The position numbers and the translations under genes are program-made. A stretch of DNA of 62,945 nt, counting the filler, from Octopus bimaculoides (Eukaryota), in NCBI RefSeq assembly GCF_001194135.2. It is 6 parts of 6 records of this genome, joined end to end, with 100 filler letters (N's around TTAATTAATTAA, not from the genome) between each part and the next. Parts side by side here need not be neighbours in the genome. Positions count along the whole stretch, not along the records: positions 61,510 to 62,945 come from NW_026380777.1; 5 more parts are not named here. The stretch is one strand, 5' to 3'. Of this stretch, positions 62,836 to 62,945 are shown piece by piece (position 1 is the first letter of the stretch; the number at the start of each line of letters is the position of its first letter). Below the pieces are notes generated by a model. The model was not told the origin of the DNA. It made no database searches and saw only the letters and a program-made list of their open reading frames with translations.

Positions 62836-62945
62836 TGAATATTCATTTGAATATTTACTCATTTGTGTATATATATATATATACTAGCTTTGCCCGGGTT
62901 AAAGAGAATAATGAAATCTAAAAACGACGTCTAGACTACGCAACC

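Overview
Eukaryotic, AT-rich, microsatellite- and transposon-dense genomic DNA. The SINE/LINE repertoire and repeat density best fit an octopus (coleoid cephalopod); this is inference. Five identical 100-bp spacers (44 N + TTAATTAATTAA + 44 N) split the window into six segments: 1-26661, 26762-45821, 45922-54602, 54703-58465, 58566-61409 and 61510-62945. These may not be true neighbours. Three host genes are recognisable by spliced reading. (1) Five minus-strand exons of a NO VEIN-like gene (7045-26219); one exon carries two in-frame stops and a phase break, so it is probably a pseudogene. Its introns hold an RTE LINE, a mariner, a full-length decayed Gypsy/Mag element and a near-full-length RTE with a 13-bp TSD. 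(2) Four in-phase minus-strand exons of a THSD4/ADAMTSL4-like gene (29272-40518). (3) The last three exons of exportin-6 (XPO6, 54843-57861, +). The rest is a hAT transposon with TIRs and TSD, mariners and MITEs, HERO and R4/Dong restriction-like-endonuclease retrotransposon fragments, three tRNA-derived SINE families, and microsatellites. Most long ORFs in the supplied track are microsatellite or N-gap artefacts. I see no convincing new multi-gene system. The best leads are apparent microsatellite targeting by two R4/Dong-type families ((AAT)n and (ACAT)n), the NO VEIN-like pseudogene, and candidate structured or ribozyme RNAs in retroelement ends. All family assignments are from recalled motifs, not database searches.
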